In this document: in pieces, positions 1 through 8,607 of the stretch
Numbering within the stretch: position 1 is the first letter of the stretch
How the letters are laid out: each line of letters starts with the position of its first letter
Origin: a virus
Lineage: Duplodnaviria; Caudoviricetes
Virus record (IMG/VR): IMGVR_UViG_3300003279_000015
Span: 1 to 59,018 of that record
Strand: one strand, 5' to 3'
Length of the DNA: 59,018 nt
The notes under the pieces: model-generated
What the model was told of the DNA's origin: nothing
The model's input: only the letters and a program-made list of their open reading frames with translations
The model's database searches: none
Translations under genes and position numbers: made by a program

Positions 1-1105
1 GGAACAGACCATTTCCTGGGCCCGTCTCTACGGAGGGTGCATCGGGTTCCTGATGATCGATGGACAGGACCCTGCGACACCGTTGCGGATCGAGACGATC
101 GGCAAGGGCCAGTTTCGTGGCGTGCTGCCGCTGGATCGCTGGACGGTCCGCCCCACCACCGAGGAACTCGTGCCGGACTTCGGGCCGGAATTCGGCCAGC
201 CGATGTATTACCTGACGAACGCGTCGGCGATGCTGCCGAACATGAAGATCCACCACTCGCGCGCACTTCGGTTCGTCGGTGAAGAGTTGCCGTATTGGCA
301 GAAGGTGAGCGAACTCGGCTGGGGTCTATCCGTTCTTGAACCGTTCTATGACCGGCTCGTCGCTTTCGACAGCACCACGCAGGGCGCCGCACAGTTGGTC
401 TACCGCGCGCACCTTCGCACGCTTTACCTGCCGGGGTTGCGCGAGGCGATCGCCGCCGGCGGCCCGGCGCTGAACCAGATCGTCGCCAACCTCGGCATGA
501 TCCGCAAATACCAGGGGATCGAGGGCCTGACCCTGCTGGATGGCGACGACAAGCTGGACCATCAGTCTTACACCTTCTCCGGCCTGGACATGGTGCTGGT
601 GCAATTCGCCCAGCAGCTATCGGGCGCTCTGCAGATCCCGCTGGTCCGGCTGTTCGGCCAGTCTCCCGCCGGCCTGAATGCCACCGGCGACGCGGATATT
701 CGTCTCTACTACGACGCCATCGCCTCCAAGCAGACGAAGACCCTCGAGAACCCACTCGACAAGGTCATGCAGCTTCAGGTGCGTTCCTACTTCGGCGCGC
801 CGCCTCCGGAGGACTTTGCGTTCGACTTCAACCCGCTCTGGCAGCTTTCGGGAACGGAGCGTGTCGATATCGCCGAAAAGGCGGAGCGGACCATCGGCTC
901 CGCTGTCGATCGCGGCTTGATGCCCCGGCACACCGGCATGGAGGAACTGCGCGGCCTGGCGCGCGAGACCGGCTTTTTCGGATCGATCACCGACGAGCAG
1001 ATTGCGGAGGCGGAAGCCGATCCGCCGCCGGTTGAGGAACTGCTGCCGGGCGTGCCGAACCCGGACGGAAACGTGGTGCCGCTGCGTCCCACCGGCTCCG
1101 TCTGA
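1..1105 (+). CDS. Portal protein (DUF1073-type), C-terminal part; continues from 58702..59018
   Basis: Frame open from position 2 (EQTISWARLYGG...IDGQD) with the LFGQSPAGLNATG..D...YYD motif; follows the terminase across the junction. Confidence 0.9.
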   Translation, partial: EQTISWARLYGGCIGFLMIDGQDPATPLRIETIGKGQFRGVLPLDRWTVRPTTEELVPDFGPEFGQPMYYLTNASAMLPNMKIHHSRALRFVGEELPYWQKVSELGWGLSVLEPFYDRLVAFDSTTQGAAQLVYRAHLRTLYLPGLREAIAAGGPALNQIVANLGMIRKYQGIEGLTLLDGDDKLDHQSYTFSGLDMVLVQFAQQLSGALQIPLVRLFGQSPAGLNATGDADIRLYYDAIASKQTKTLENPLDKVMQLQVRSYFGAPPPEDFAFDFNPLWQLSGTERVDIAEKAERTIGSAVDRGLMPRHTGMEELRGLARETGFFGSITDEQIAEAEADPPPVEELLPGVPNPDGNVVPLRPTGSV

Positions 1106-1108
1106 TCC

Positions 1109-2809
1109 GTGGCGACCGCCGAGGAACGTGCCAAGGCGCGCCGCGCCCGGTCCGCCTTCGAGCGGGTCCGGCGGGCGGAGATTGAATACGGCCGGAAGCT
1201 GCGCCGGATCGCCGACAACATCGCCACGCTGATCGAGGGCTTTGACCTCGAGGATCCGCGCTCCCAGGCGCTGATCGACACGGCACTTCGCAAATACGCC
1301 GAGACCCTGAAGCCCTGGGCGGCGGCGGTCGGCAAGACGATGATCGAGGAAACCGCCCGGCGCGACTTCGCGGCCTGGGCAGAATTCTCCCAGCAGATGG
1401 GCCAGGAGATCAGGGCCGAACTGCGCCAGGCGCCCACCGGCCTGCGGGTGCAGCAGCTTCTCGACGAGCAGGTCCGCCTGATCACCAGCCTGCCGCTCGA
1501 GGCGGCCGAGCGCGTCCAGCACCAGGCGGCCGAGGGGTTGGCGAAGGGCGAGCGGGCAAAGGAAATCGCCGACCGGATCATGGAAACCGGGCACGTCACG
1601 CGCAGCCGGGCCAACCTGATCGCGCGGACAGAGACGGGCCGGGTGGCGACCACGCTGACACAGGCGAGGGCCGAATCTATCGGCTCCGAGGGGTATATCT
1701 GGCGCACGTCGAAGGACTCGGACGTGCGGCCGTCGCACAAAGCGATGGAAGGCAAACGTGTTCTGTGGTCCTCTCCGCCGACTCTCGACGGGCTGACAGG
1801 TCACGCAGGCGCGCTGCCTAATTGCTTCCCGGCATCAACGAAAGTGTCCTTGACGAACGGTTGTCACAATCTGCTGCGGCGCTGGTACGAGGGAGACCTT
1901 GTCATCATCGAGCACGAGGGCGGCTTTCTGGATCTTACACCAAATCACCCGATACTCTGTCGGCGGGGGTGGGTTGCGGCGCAGGATATTGAGGCAGGCG
2001 ACGACATCGTTCAAAGCCTGGTCGATCACCGACTGGCTTTCGAAGACGACGAAAATCAGGGCCAGCCCACGTTCGGCGATCTCTTTCGATCTCTTGATGT
2101 TCTGGTGGGGCGAGAACGTCAGTCGAGATTTCTGTTTAATCTCCACGGCGAGCGGCCCGGTCACGATGTCGATGCAATACGGTCCGACCATCTCCTGGCG
2201 GCTCACGTCCCACCCTTTGCGCTGCAGGGCATTCGCGATCTCGCGCTCTCCTGGTCCAATAGCCGGATGATGAAGAGATGTGTCGTGGGCGGCTTCCTGC
2301 ATGTTCCGGAATCGCGCGGCCCTGGCCTTTTTGATCAGGATCTGCCGGGCCTCAGTCGGCATGGCCTGCATGCGCCGGACGTTCGCCTGGGAGGCGGTTC
2401 TACGCTGGACGCCGTGGCGGTCGAGTATCTTCGTGACGGTTCCTCGAGCGCAGCCGAATTCAATCGAAACGGCCAACTCGCTGTTGCCGCTTTGATAGGA
2501 TTGCACGACCTCTGGTTCGCAAAGGTCTTCTCGTCTGCGGCGCGGCGGAATGCGGTGGGGAATTACGATCCCACGGGCGCGGAGGCGCTTGCTGAGCGCG
2601 TCCGGGCCGAATCCGATTTGATTGGCGGCATCCCGAACGGTCCCTCCGGACGTTACAAAAGCTTGCGCACGATCAACAAGATCGTCAGAAAGTTTGCGGG
2701 ACATGTCTTCACCATGGAGACGGCTAACGGTTGGTTCACCGTAGGCAACTCCGCTGTGGTCGTCAAAAACTGCCGCTGCTACCCAGAGCCGATCCTGCCC
2801 AACGACTGA
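1109..2809 (+). CDS. MuF/SPP1 gp7-like head morphogenesis protein, interrupted by an intein
   Basis: RANLIARTE, YIWRTSKDSDVRPSH and the HAG..PN/CRC motif split by an insertion; lies after the portal. Confidence 0.9.
   Translation: MATAEERAKARRARSAFERVRRAEIEYGRKLRRIADNIATLIEGFDLEDPRSQALIDTALRKYAETLKPWAAAVGKTMIEETARRDFAAWAEFSQQMGQEIRAELRQAPTGLRVQQLLDEQVRLITSLPLEAAERVQHQAAEGLAKGERAKEIADRIMETGHVTRSRANLIARTETGRVATTLTQARAESIGSEGYIWRTSKDSDVRPSHKAMEGKRVLWSSPPTLDGLTGHAGALPNCFPASTKVSLTNGCHNLLRRWYEGDLVIIEHEGGFLDLTPNHPILCRRGWVAAQDIEAGDDIVQSLVDHRLAFEDDENQGQPTFGDLFRSLDVLVGRERQSRFLFNLHGERPGHDVDAIRSDHLLAAHVPPFALQGIRDLALSWSNSRMMKRCVVGGFLHVPESRGPGLFDQDLPGLSRHGLHAPDVRLGGGSTLDAVAVEYLRDGSSSAAEFNRNGQLAVAALIGLHDLWFAKVFSSAARRNAVGNYDPTGAEALAERVRAESDLIGGIPNGPSGRYKSLRTINKIVRKFAGHVFTMETANGWFTVGNSAVVVKNCRCYPEPILPND
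1823..2770 (+). mobile_element. Intein (316 aa) in MuF
   Basis: Block A CFPASTKV, block B LTPNHPIL..RGW, block F FAGHVFTMET, C-terminal VVKN followed by Cys+1; excision restores HAGALPN-CRCYPEP; more AT-rich than the flanks. Confidence 0.9.
1835..2704 (-). CDS. Putative homing endonuclease (2x HTH + DUF559/Vsr-like PD-(D/E)xK) encoded antisense inside the intein
   Basis: MSRKL.. 289 aa; HTH-like segments TVRDAANQIGFGPDALSKRL and SELAVSIEFGCARGTVTKIL; GEREIANAL..GW....QEMVGPYCIDIVTGPLAVEIK; upstream GGTGA. Confidence 0.75.
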   Translation of the reverse strand: MSRKLSDDLVDRAQAFVTSGGTVRDAANQIGFGPDALSKRLRARGIVIPHRIPPRRRREDLCEPEVVQSYQSGNSELAVSIEFGCARGTVTKILDRHGVQRRTASQANVRRMQAMPTEARQILIKKARAARFRNMQEAAHDTSLHHPAIGPGEREIANALQRKGWDVSRQEMVGPYCIDIVTGPLAVEIKQKSRLTFSPHQNIKRSKEIAERGLALIFVVFESQSVIDQALNDVVACLNILRRNPPPPTEYRVIWCKIQKAALVLDDDKVSLVPAPQQIVTTVRQGHFR

Positions 2810-2832
2810 ATCAACCGAAAGGGTTAACCACC

Positions 2833-3426
2833 ATGCGTCGCTTTGTCCCGTTGCTGACCGCCTTTTTCGTCGCTGCCCTGGCCGCCTGGCCGGTGCTTGC
2901 GCAGACGCAGAACGTCCAGCCGATCCGCCGCGCAACCTACTCCGCCGGGTTCGTCGCCCTGACGCCGGCCGCCAGCGCAACCGACTTCTTCACCCTGACC
3001 GGTTCGGCCACGAAGACGATCTGGGTGCACGGCGCGGGCTGTTCCGGCGCTTCGACCGCGGCGGCGCTCCCCGTGGTCCAGATCGTCAAGCGCTCGACCG
3101 CCAACAGCGCGGGCACCGCGGTGAACCTCACCGAGGTTCCGCACGACAGCCTGTCGACCGCCGCCTCGGCCACGGCGCAGTCCTACACGGCGAACCCGAC
3201 CACCGGAACGCTCGTCGGCGTGCTGCGGACCTTCCGCATGGCGACCGACGCGGCGACGACCACGGCGACCCCGACCGCCCCCGTGCCGGTGGGCTTCCGC
3301 TTCGGCGAGGTCTGGACGCAGCCGATCGTCCTGCGCGGCATCGCCCAGGTCCTGGCCTTCAACGCCAACGGCGCGTCGTTCGCGACCGGGACGACCCTGT
3401 CCTGCTGGGTCGAATGGTCGGAGTAA
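2833..3426 (+). CDS. Signal-peptide-bearing beta-rich protein in the head module (possible head fibre/decoration)
   Basis: MRRFVPLLTAFFVAALAAWPVLA|Q Sec signal; Thr/Ala-rich; two Cys. Confidence 0.7.
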   Translation: MRRFVPLLTAFFVAALAAWPVLAQTQNVQPIRRATYSAGFVALTPAASATDFFTLTGSATKTIWVHGAGCSGASTAAALPVVQIVKRSTANSAGTAVNLTEVPHDSLSTAASATAQSYTANPTTGTLVGVLRTFRMATDAATTTATPTAPVPVGFRFGEVWTQPIVLRGIAQVLAFNANGASFATGTTLSCWVEWSE

Positions 3427-3432
3427 CCAGCG

Positions 3433-3687
3433 ATGACGTCGACCCTCACGCCCTCGCTGCGTGGCGTTAAGGCACTCACGAAGTCTGACGACGACGACGA
3501 TAATGTCGCGCCCGGCACCGCCTTGGTCTGCGTCTGCACCGTCGCAGGGAACGTGAAGGTCGAATTCGCCAACGGCACGTTCGGCACCTATCCCCTGGCA
3601 ACGGGGCTGACGATCCTGCCGTTCCAGGTCGTGCGCGTGTTCACCACCGGCACCACTGCCACGGCGACGTTCGAGAACGGTTACTGA
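3433..3687 (+). CDS. Head spike base protein-like (RcGTA Rcc01079-like)
   Basis: ALTKSD...AGNVKV..A.G....LPFQVVRVFTTGTTAT pattern; 84 aa; head-module position. Confidence 0.55.
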   Translation: MTSTLTPSLRGVKALTKSDDDDDNVAPGTALVCVCTVAGNVKVEFANGTFGTYPLATGLTILPFQVVRVFTTGTTATATFENGY

Positions 3688-3690
3688 TCC

Positions 3691-4998
3691 GTGGACTATT
3701 TCCTCGCCGCGCAGATCGGACTGACGCGTTCGCTCACCCCGGAAGGCTACCTGCTGTGCCGTGACGTCCCCATCGGGCGAATCGGCCAGCAGGAGTATCT
3801 CGCTCACGAACTCGGCGGGAAGATCGAGGGCGATGCAAACGGGATCGTGAAGATCCAGCGCGACCCGGAAGAAGTGTTCCGGCCGGAGACGATCGCCAGC
3901 TTCAACGGCAAGCCGGTGATCATGGACGCGCACCAGATGCTCGATGCGCAGACCTGGCGCGGGCGATCGGTCGGCTCCGTTCTCAACCCGCGCCGGAGCG
4001 ACGATGGCACGGGCGACTTCCTGCTGGCGGATCTGATGATCTGCGACCAGCACGCCATCCGGAAGATCACTGACGGACTGACCGAGGTCAGTTGTGGCTA
4101 CACGTCCGACTATGAGGAACTCGCGCCCGGTCTCGGGCGGCAGGTCAACATCGTCGGCAACCATCTCGCAATCGTGGAGCGGGGCCGCTGTGGTCCTGCC
4201 TGTTCTATCGGAGATCAGAGTATGCCCGCACCGAAAAAGGGAAATTGGCTGTCGCGCCTCCGCACGGCGGTGAAGACCGGCGACAACGAGGCGATGGAGG
4301 AGGTCCTCTCCGAGATCGCACCCGAGGGCGGCGAGACGGCCGGCGGCGTCTCCATCAACCTGCATCTGGGCAGCGAGAAGCCCGCGGGCGATGCCGAAGG
4401 TGGCGCTGGCGGCGAGGGCGCGAAGGAGCCGACGCTGGCTGACGTGATCGCTGCGCTCAACGGCATCGGCGAGCGCCTCACCAAGCTGGAGGCGATGGAA
4501 AAGAAGGAAGCCGAGATCAAGACCGGCGACGAAGAGACCGAAGAGGAAAAGAAGGCGCGCGAGGAGGAGGAAGCCAAGAAGGCTGCCGCTGCCACGGGCG
4601 ACTCCGCTGGGCTGCTCACGGTGTTTCAGGACGCGCTGTCCGGCGCCGAGATCCTCGCACCCGGCATCCAGCTTCCCACCTTCGACGCGAAGGCAGCGCC
4701 GGCCGCCACCACGGGCGCCCTCTGCACCCTCAAGCGCAACGCGCTGGCCACGTTCCTCGGCACCCCTGCCGGCCAGACCTGGGGCGACAGCCTGAGTGTC
4801 AAGGCAGCGGCGCTCGAGGGCATGACCTGCGACGCCATCAACGGGCTGTTCCCGGTGGCGGTGCGCGATCAGCGCGCCAGCAAGACGATCCGCTCGGGCA
4901 CCGTGTCCTTCCCGGATGCGAAGACGCTTGAGACCTACAAGCCGAAGACTCCGGCGGAGATGAACGCCGAAAATCGGAAGCGCTACGGCTTCGCCTGA
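3691..4998 (+). CDS. DUF2213 prohead protease/scaffold
   Basis: TPEGYL, EVF.PETIASF.GKP, EVSCGY, NHLAIVERGRCG; acidic C-terminal scaffold region. Confidence 0.88.
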   Translation: MDYFLAAQIGLTRSLTPEGYLLCRDVPIGRIGQQEYLAHELGGKIEGDANGIVKIQRDPEEVFRPETIASFNGKPVIMDAHQMLDAQTWRGRSVGSVLNPRRSDDGTGDFLLADLMICDQHAIRKITDGLTEVSCGYTSDYEELAPGLGRQVNIVGNHLAIVERGRCGPACSIGDQSMPAPKKGNWLSRLRTAVKTGDNEAMEEVLSEIAPEGGETAGGVSINLHLGSEKPAGDAEGGAGGEGAKEPTLADVIAALNGIGERLTKLEAMEKKEAEIKTGDEETEEEKKAREEEEAKKAAAATGDSAGLLTVFQDALSGAEILAPGIQLPTFDAKAAPAATTGALCTLKRNALATFLGTPAGQTWGDSLSVKAAALEGMTCDAINGLFPVAVRDQRASKTIRSGTVSFPDAKTLETYKPKTPAEMNAENRKRYGFA

Positions 4999-5050
4999 CC
5001 CTCAACCCGGCTGAGGCGCGGCGTCGCCTCGATCTGCCACCCCAGGAGTA

Positions 5051-5575
5051 ATGGATCTCATGTCCAGCACCGCTTACCTGCTTCGCGCACCGGCCGGCGT
5101 TCCGGGTGCGCTGTCCCGTCCCGACCAGTCGACGGTCGAGCCGGTCAACATCACCCCGTATGGGACGACCGGCGCGCCCGCTGCGTTCGGCCTGGCCTGC
5201 CAGATCGACGCCACCGCCGAGGACCTGCGCGTCGTCGCGGATCCTGACGCCGCCGCCTACGGGTTCCTCGTGCGCCCGTATCCGTCCCTTTCCGGCAACA
5301 ACGCCGCCTCCCAGGGCCTGGGCCAGGCGGTGCCGCCGGCCGAGGGCGTGGTCGGCGTGATGGTGCGCGGCTACATGACCGTGAAGCTGGGCGGCAGCGC
5401 CGCCGCCGTGAAGGGCGCGGCGGTGTATGTCTGGTCTTCCGCCGACTCCGGTGCGCATGTGCAAGGGCAGGTGGAAGCCGCTGACCCCAGCACGGACGGC
5501 TTCGTGCTGGCACGGTCGTATTTCATGGGGCCGGCCGATGCGGACGGCAACGTCGAGATCGGCTTCAACATCTAG
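5051..5575 (+). CDS. Capsid cement/decoration protein
   Basis: Sits between protease and MCP; G.LVRPYP, VMVRGYM and ADADGNVEI motifs. Confidence 0.75.
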   Translation: MDLMSSTAYLLRAPAGVPGALSRPDQSTVEPVNITPYGTTGAPAAFGLACQIDATAEDLRVVADPDAAAYGFLVRPYPSLSGNNAASQGLGQAVPPAEGVVGVMVRGYMTVKLGGSAAAVKGAAVYVWSSADSGAHVQGQVEAADPSTDGFVLARSYFMGPADADGNVEIGFNI

Positions 5576-5624
5576 GCCGCGATCGGCTTCAACACCTTAT
5601 CGGGCGAAAGGAAAACCTCACCCC

Positions 5625-6680
5625 ATGCCGAACCGTTCCCTTCTGCGCGCCGGTACCGTCCTGAACCAGGGCGCCGTCCGCAAGCTGATCCGCAATGTCG
5701 CATTCGGCGACTCCGGATCCGCAATGCACACCTTCGACCAGGCGACGCTGGATGCCACCGGCGCGTTCTTGACGAGCGAACTGCTCCGCCTGGATCAGCG
5801 CGACTATCTGCCCCTGGTTCAGACGTTCTGGAAGCGCGATATCGACCTGCGGTCGGACGTGACCATGGGCGACGAACAGTCCGGATTCATCAACACCGGC
5901 TGGGCTGCGGCTGGCGGCGTCAACCCCACCGGCATCAACTGGGCCAGCCAGAACGCCAACGCGCTGCCGCGCGTCCAGCTTGACGCCGGCCTGACCACGA
6001 AGCCGCTGCGCCCGTGGACCCTCGGCGTCGAATACACCGTGTTCGACCTGGCCAATGCCCAGCGCATCGGCCGCCCCATCGACGCCACGCAGGTGGATGT
6101 GATGGAGCAGAAGTGGGACATGGACGTCGACCAGATGGTTGCGATCGGCGACACCGGCGTCTCCGCCTACGGGATGTATAACAACCCGGCGGTCACCCCG
6201 TACAACGTCGATGCCGGCGCGTCCGGCAACCTGGCCTGGTCCACGAAGACGCCGTCCGAGATCCTGAACGACGTCAACACGCTGCTCAACGCGGTGTGGG
6301 TGGCATCGGCGGTTGCCCAGGTGCCGGAGGACCTCCGTCTCCCGACCCTGCAGTTTGGCTACATCGCGTCCACCCCGGTGAGCACCGCGGGCACGATGTC
6401 CATCCTGGAGTACGTGGCCACGAACTGCATCAGCTACGCGGCGAACGGCCAGAAGCTGCGCATCTTCCCCAGCAAGTGGCTCGACGGCCGCGGCGCCTCC
6501 AGCAGCGATCGGATGGTCGCCTACACCCGGCGCGAGAACTTCATCCGCTATCCCCTGGTGCCGAAGGCGATGACGCCGGTGCAGTATCGTGGGATCTGGC
6601 AGTCCTCGACCTATTTCGGTCGCCTGGGTGAGGTCGAGTTGGTGTATCCCGGCACGGTCGGCTACGCGGACGGCATCTGA
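5625..6680 (+). CDS. Major capsid protein (DUF2184-type)
   Basis: GAFL.SEL..LD, G..GMYNNP, W..KTP.EIL.DVN, C-terminal YPGTVGYADGI. Confidence 0.88.
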   Translation: MPNRSLLRAGTVLNQGAVRKLIRNVAFGDSGSAMHTFDQATLDATGAFLTSELLRLDQRDYLPLVQTFWKRDIDLRSDVTMGDEQSGFINTGWAAAGGVNPTGINWASQNANALPRVQLDAGLTTKPLRPWTLGVEYTVFDLANAQRIGRPIDATQVDVMEQKWDMDVDQMVAIGDTGVSAYGMYNNPAVTPYNVDAGASGNLAWSTKTPSEILNDVNTLLNAVWVASAVAQVPEDLRLPTLQFGYIASTPVSTAGTMSILEYVATNCISYAANGQKLRIFPSKWLDGRGASSSDRMVAYTRRENFIRYPLVPKAMTPVQYRGIWQSSTYFGRLGEVELVYPGTVGYADGI

Positions 6681-6718
6681 GCGCGCGGCAACCGAACTAA
6701 TCGCAGGGAGTATTGGCT

Positions 6719-7183
6719 ATGCCGACGATCAATGTGGCGACGAAATTCCAACTGATGACCCGGGACGCGCTGAACAAGGCGGTGTTCCGGACGTTCGATG
6801 TTGGCCTGCACGAGGTCGACGAGAGGACCGCGGCGCATCCGTACGTGAAGGCGAACCTGGTCAACGCCGAGCAGACCGTTCTGCCGAAGCCGGGTTCTCC
6901 GGAAGCCGCTCGCCTGATCAACCAGGCTGCGGAAGCCGCGCGAGACGCGGTGGCTCGGGTGCTGTTCGCCGCCCACAACAAGCCTCTGACGCCGGAGATG
7001 ATGCAGGAGATCAAGGAGGCGATCCCGGCCCAGAGCGACAAGGGGCCGGGTGCTGGTGCTGATACCGCTGCTGGTGCTGACGCCGGTGGCGGTGCTGGTG
7101 CCGAAGCGAAGGAGCCGGCGCCGAAGCCGGCCGCCCCGGCTGCTGTGGCACCCACGAAGCCAGCCTCCAAGCCTGCCGCCTGA
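6719..7183 (+). CDS. Virion-associated protein with Ala/Pro-rich tail
   Basis: GGGAG RBS; follows the MCP; G.HEV....A.HPYVKA motif. Confidence 0.65.
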   Translation: MPTINVATKFQLMTRDALNKAVFRTFDVGLHEVDERTAAHPYVKANLVNAEQTVLPKPGSPEAARLINQAAEAARDAVARVLFAAHNKPLTPEMMQEIKEAIPAQSDKGPGAGADTAAGADAGGGAGAEAKEPAPKPAAPAAVAPTKPASKPAA

Positions 7184-7353
7184 CCACTGCCGAGCGCGCG
7201 TTGCTGCCGGGGCACCGGTAGCGCGCGCACGCGGTTGGATTTCCCGCCCGCTGTCGCCGCGCCGGCTTGCCGCCGCCCCACCGGGGCCCGGTGTTCCGGA
7301 CACGCCGCCAGCGGGCAAATTTCCCGCCCTCCTGCGGGGCTTGAGGGGGCAGC

Positions 7354-7737
7354 GTGACCGTCACCGAATTCCGCACTCGCTTCCCCGAGTTTGCTGACGA
7401 GGCGATCTACCCAGACGACTCGGTGCAATTCTGGCTCGACATGGCGGACCGGTTCCTGGTCGCCACGCGCTGGGGCGACGCGCTACCGCTCGGCCTGGCG
7501 CTTTTCACCGCGCACAACATGGCGCTCGACCGGCAGACCTTCCTGTCCGGCCAGCGCGGCGCCGCTCCCGGGATTTCGGGCGGCGTGATGGCGTCGAAAT
7601 CGCTGGGAGGGGCATCCGTCTCCTACGAGAGCGTCCAGGCGCTGTTCAACGACGCTGGCGCCTGGGCCCTCACGCAGTACGGCCGCCGGTTCTGGACGCT
7701 GATCCGGCTGATGGGGATGGGAGGCATGCAGATATGA
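7354..7737 (+). CDS. Head-tail adaptor (DUF4054)
   Basis: FRTRFPEFAD..YPD, LFTAH, W..TQYG. Confidence 0.85.
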   Translation: MTVTEFRTRFPEFADEAIYPDDSVQFWLDMADRFLVATRWGDALPLGLALFTAHNMALDRQTFLSGQRGAAPGISGGVMASKSLGGASVSYESVQALFNDAGAWALTQYGRRFWTLIRLMGMGGMQI

Positions 7738-8222
7738 AATCCGGCGCCTACGTCCTCACCGACAACACCGCCGCTCTCAAGCGCGCGATCGCGGAACTGA
7801 CGGGCACGCAGGTGATGGTCGGCATCCCCGCCACGACCGCCGGCCGGTCCAAGGGCGCGATCGACAACGCCACCCTGGGCTACATCCACGAGAACGGCTC
7901 GCCGGCGGCGAACATCCCGGCCCGGCCGTTCCTGCGGCCTGGCGTGCGCAATGCCCAGGCGAAGATCACCCAGCAGCTTCGCAAGGCTGGCGTTGCGGCC
8001 CTGGCCGGCAATTCCTCCGGCATGGTGCGCGCGATGACGTCTGCCGGCCTGGTCGCGCAGTCCTCCGTCCGCGCCAAGATCACCGATGGTCCGTTCCAGG
8101 CGCTTTCGGCATCGACGCTGCGCGCCCGGCGCCGCCGCGGCCGTACCGGTACGCGCCCGCTGATCGATACCGGTCAGCTTCGCCGCGCCATCACCTTCGT
8201 CCTCCGCAAGAAGGGGAAATAG
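7734..8222 (+). CDS. Neck/virion morphogenesis protein
   Basis: IHENG...NIPARPFL, PLIDTGQLR. Confidence 0.8.
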   Translation: MKSGAYVLTDNTAALKRAIAELTGTQVMVGIPATTAGRSKGAIDNATLGYIHENGSPAANIPARPFLRPGVRNAQAKITQQLRKAGVAALAGNSSGMVRAMTSAGLVAQSSVRAKITDGPFQALSASTLRARRRRGRTGTRPLIDTGQLRRAITFVLRKKGK

Positions 8223-8223
8223 C

Positions 8224-8607
8224 GTGGCTCTGCTCGACCTCTCGGAACTGATGACGGATCCCGACTTCGTCGACGATTTCACGATCGTCCGGAAGGCTCA
8301 GTCCGTCAGCAACACGGGCCGGACCGTGACCACCAGCACGAACGAGGCGGCCACCGGCTCCATCCAGGCGGCGAGCGGCAAGACGCTCGAGTTGTTCCCC
8401 GACCTGGCGCGCGCCCAGGGCCAGATCGAGATCTGGACGCAGTCCCGGTTGCACGCGCCGGCCGAGGGGTCGGGCGCCGACGAAATCCAGTGGGACGGCC
8501 GCCGCTATACCGTCTCCGCGGTGCGCGACTGGCGCAACTGGGGCCCGGGCTGGAACGTCGCGATCGCCGACCTGCGGAACCTGCTCGAGGCGGAACTCGA
8601 CGAATGA
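8224..8607 (+). CDS. Head closure protein
   Basis: LD.SE...DPDF, D.I.W.G.RY; synteny. Confidence 0.7.
   Translation: MALLDLSELMTDPDFVDDFTIVRKAQSVSNTGRTVTTSTNEAATGSIQAASGKTLELFPDLARAQGQIEIWTQSRLHAPAEGSGADEIQWDGRRYTVSAVRDWRNWGPGWNVAIADLRNLLEAELDE

Noticed and set aside
1-1105. Anti-CBASS Acb1 annotation sometimes attached to DUF1073 proteins
   Set aside because: No 2H-phosphoesterase (HxT/S pair) domain is visible; this is simply the portal.
2821-2829. GGGTTAACC as a CtrA box (also at 47983)
   Set aside because: Only a half site; no TTAA-N7-TTAA arrangement.
5557-5594. 14-bp direct repeat GATCGGCTTCAACA flanking the decoration gene stop
   Set aside because: Only two copies and no associated element; probably a local duplication.
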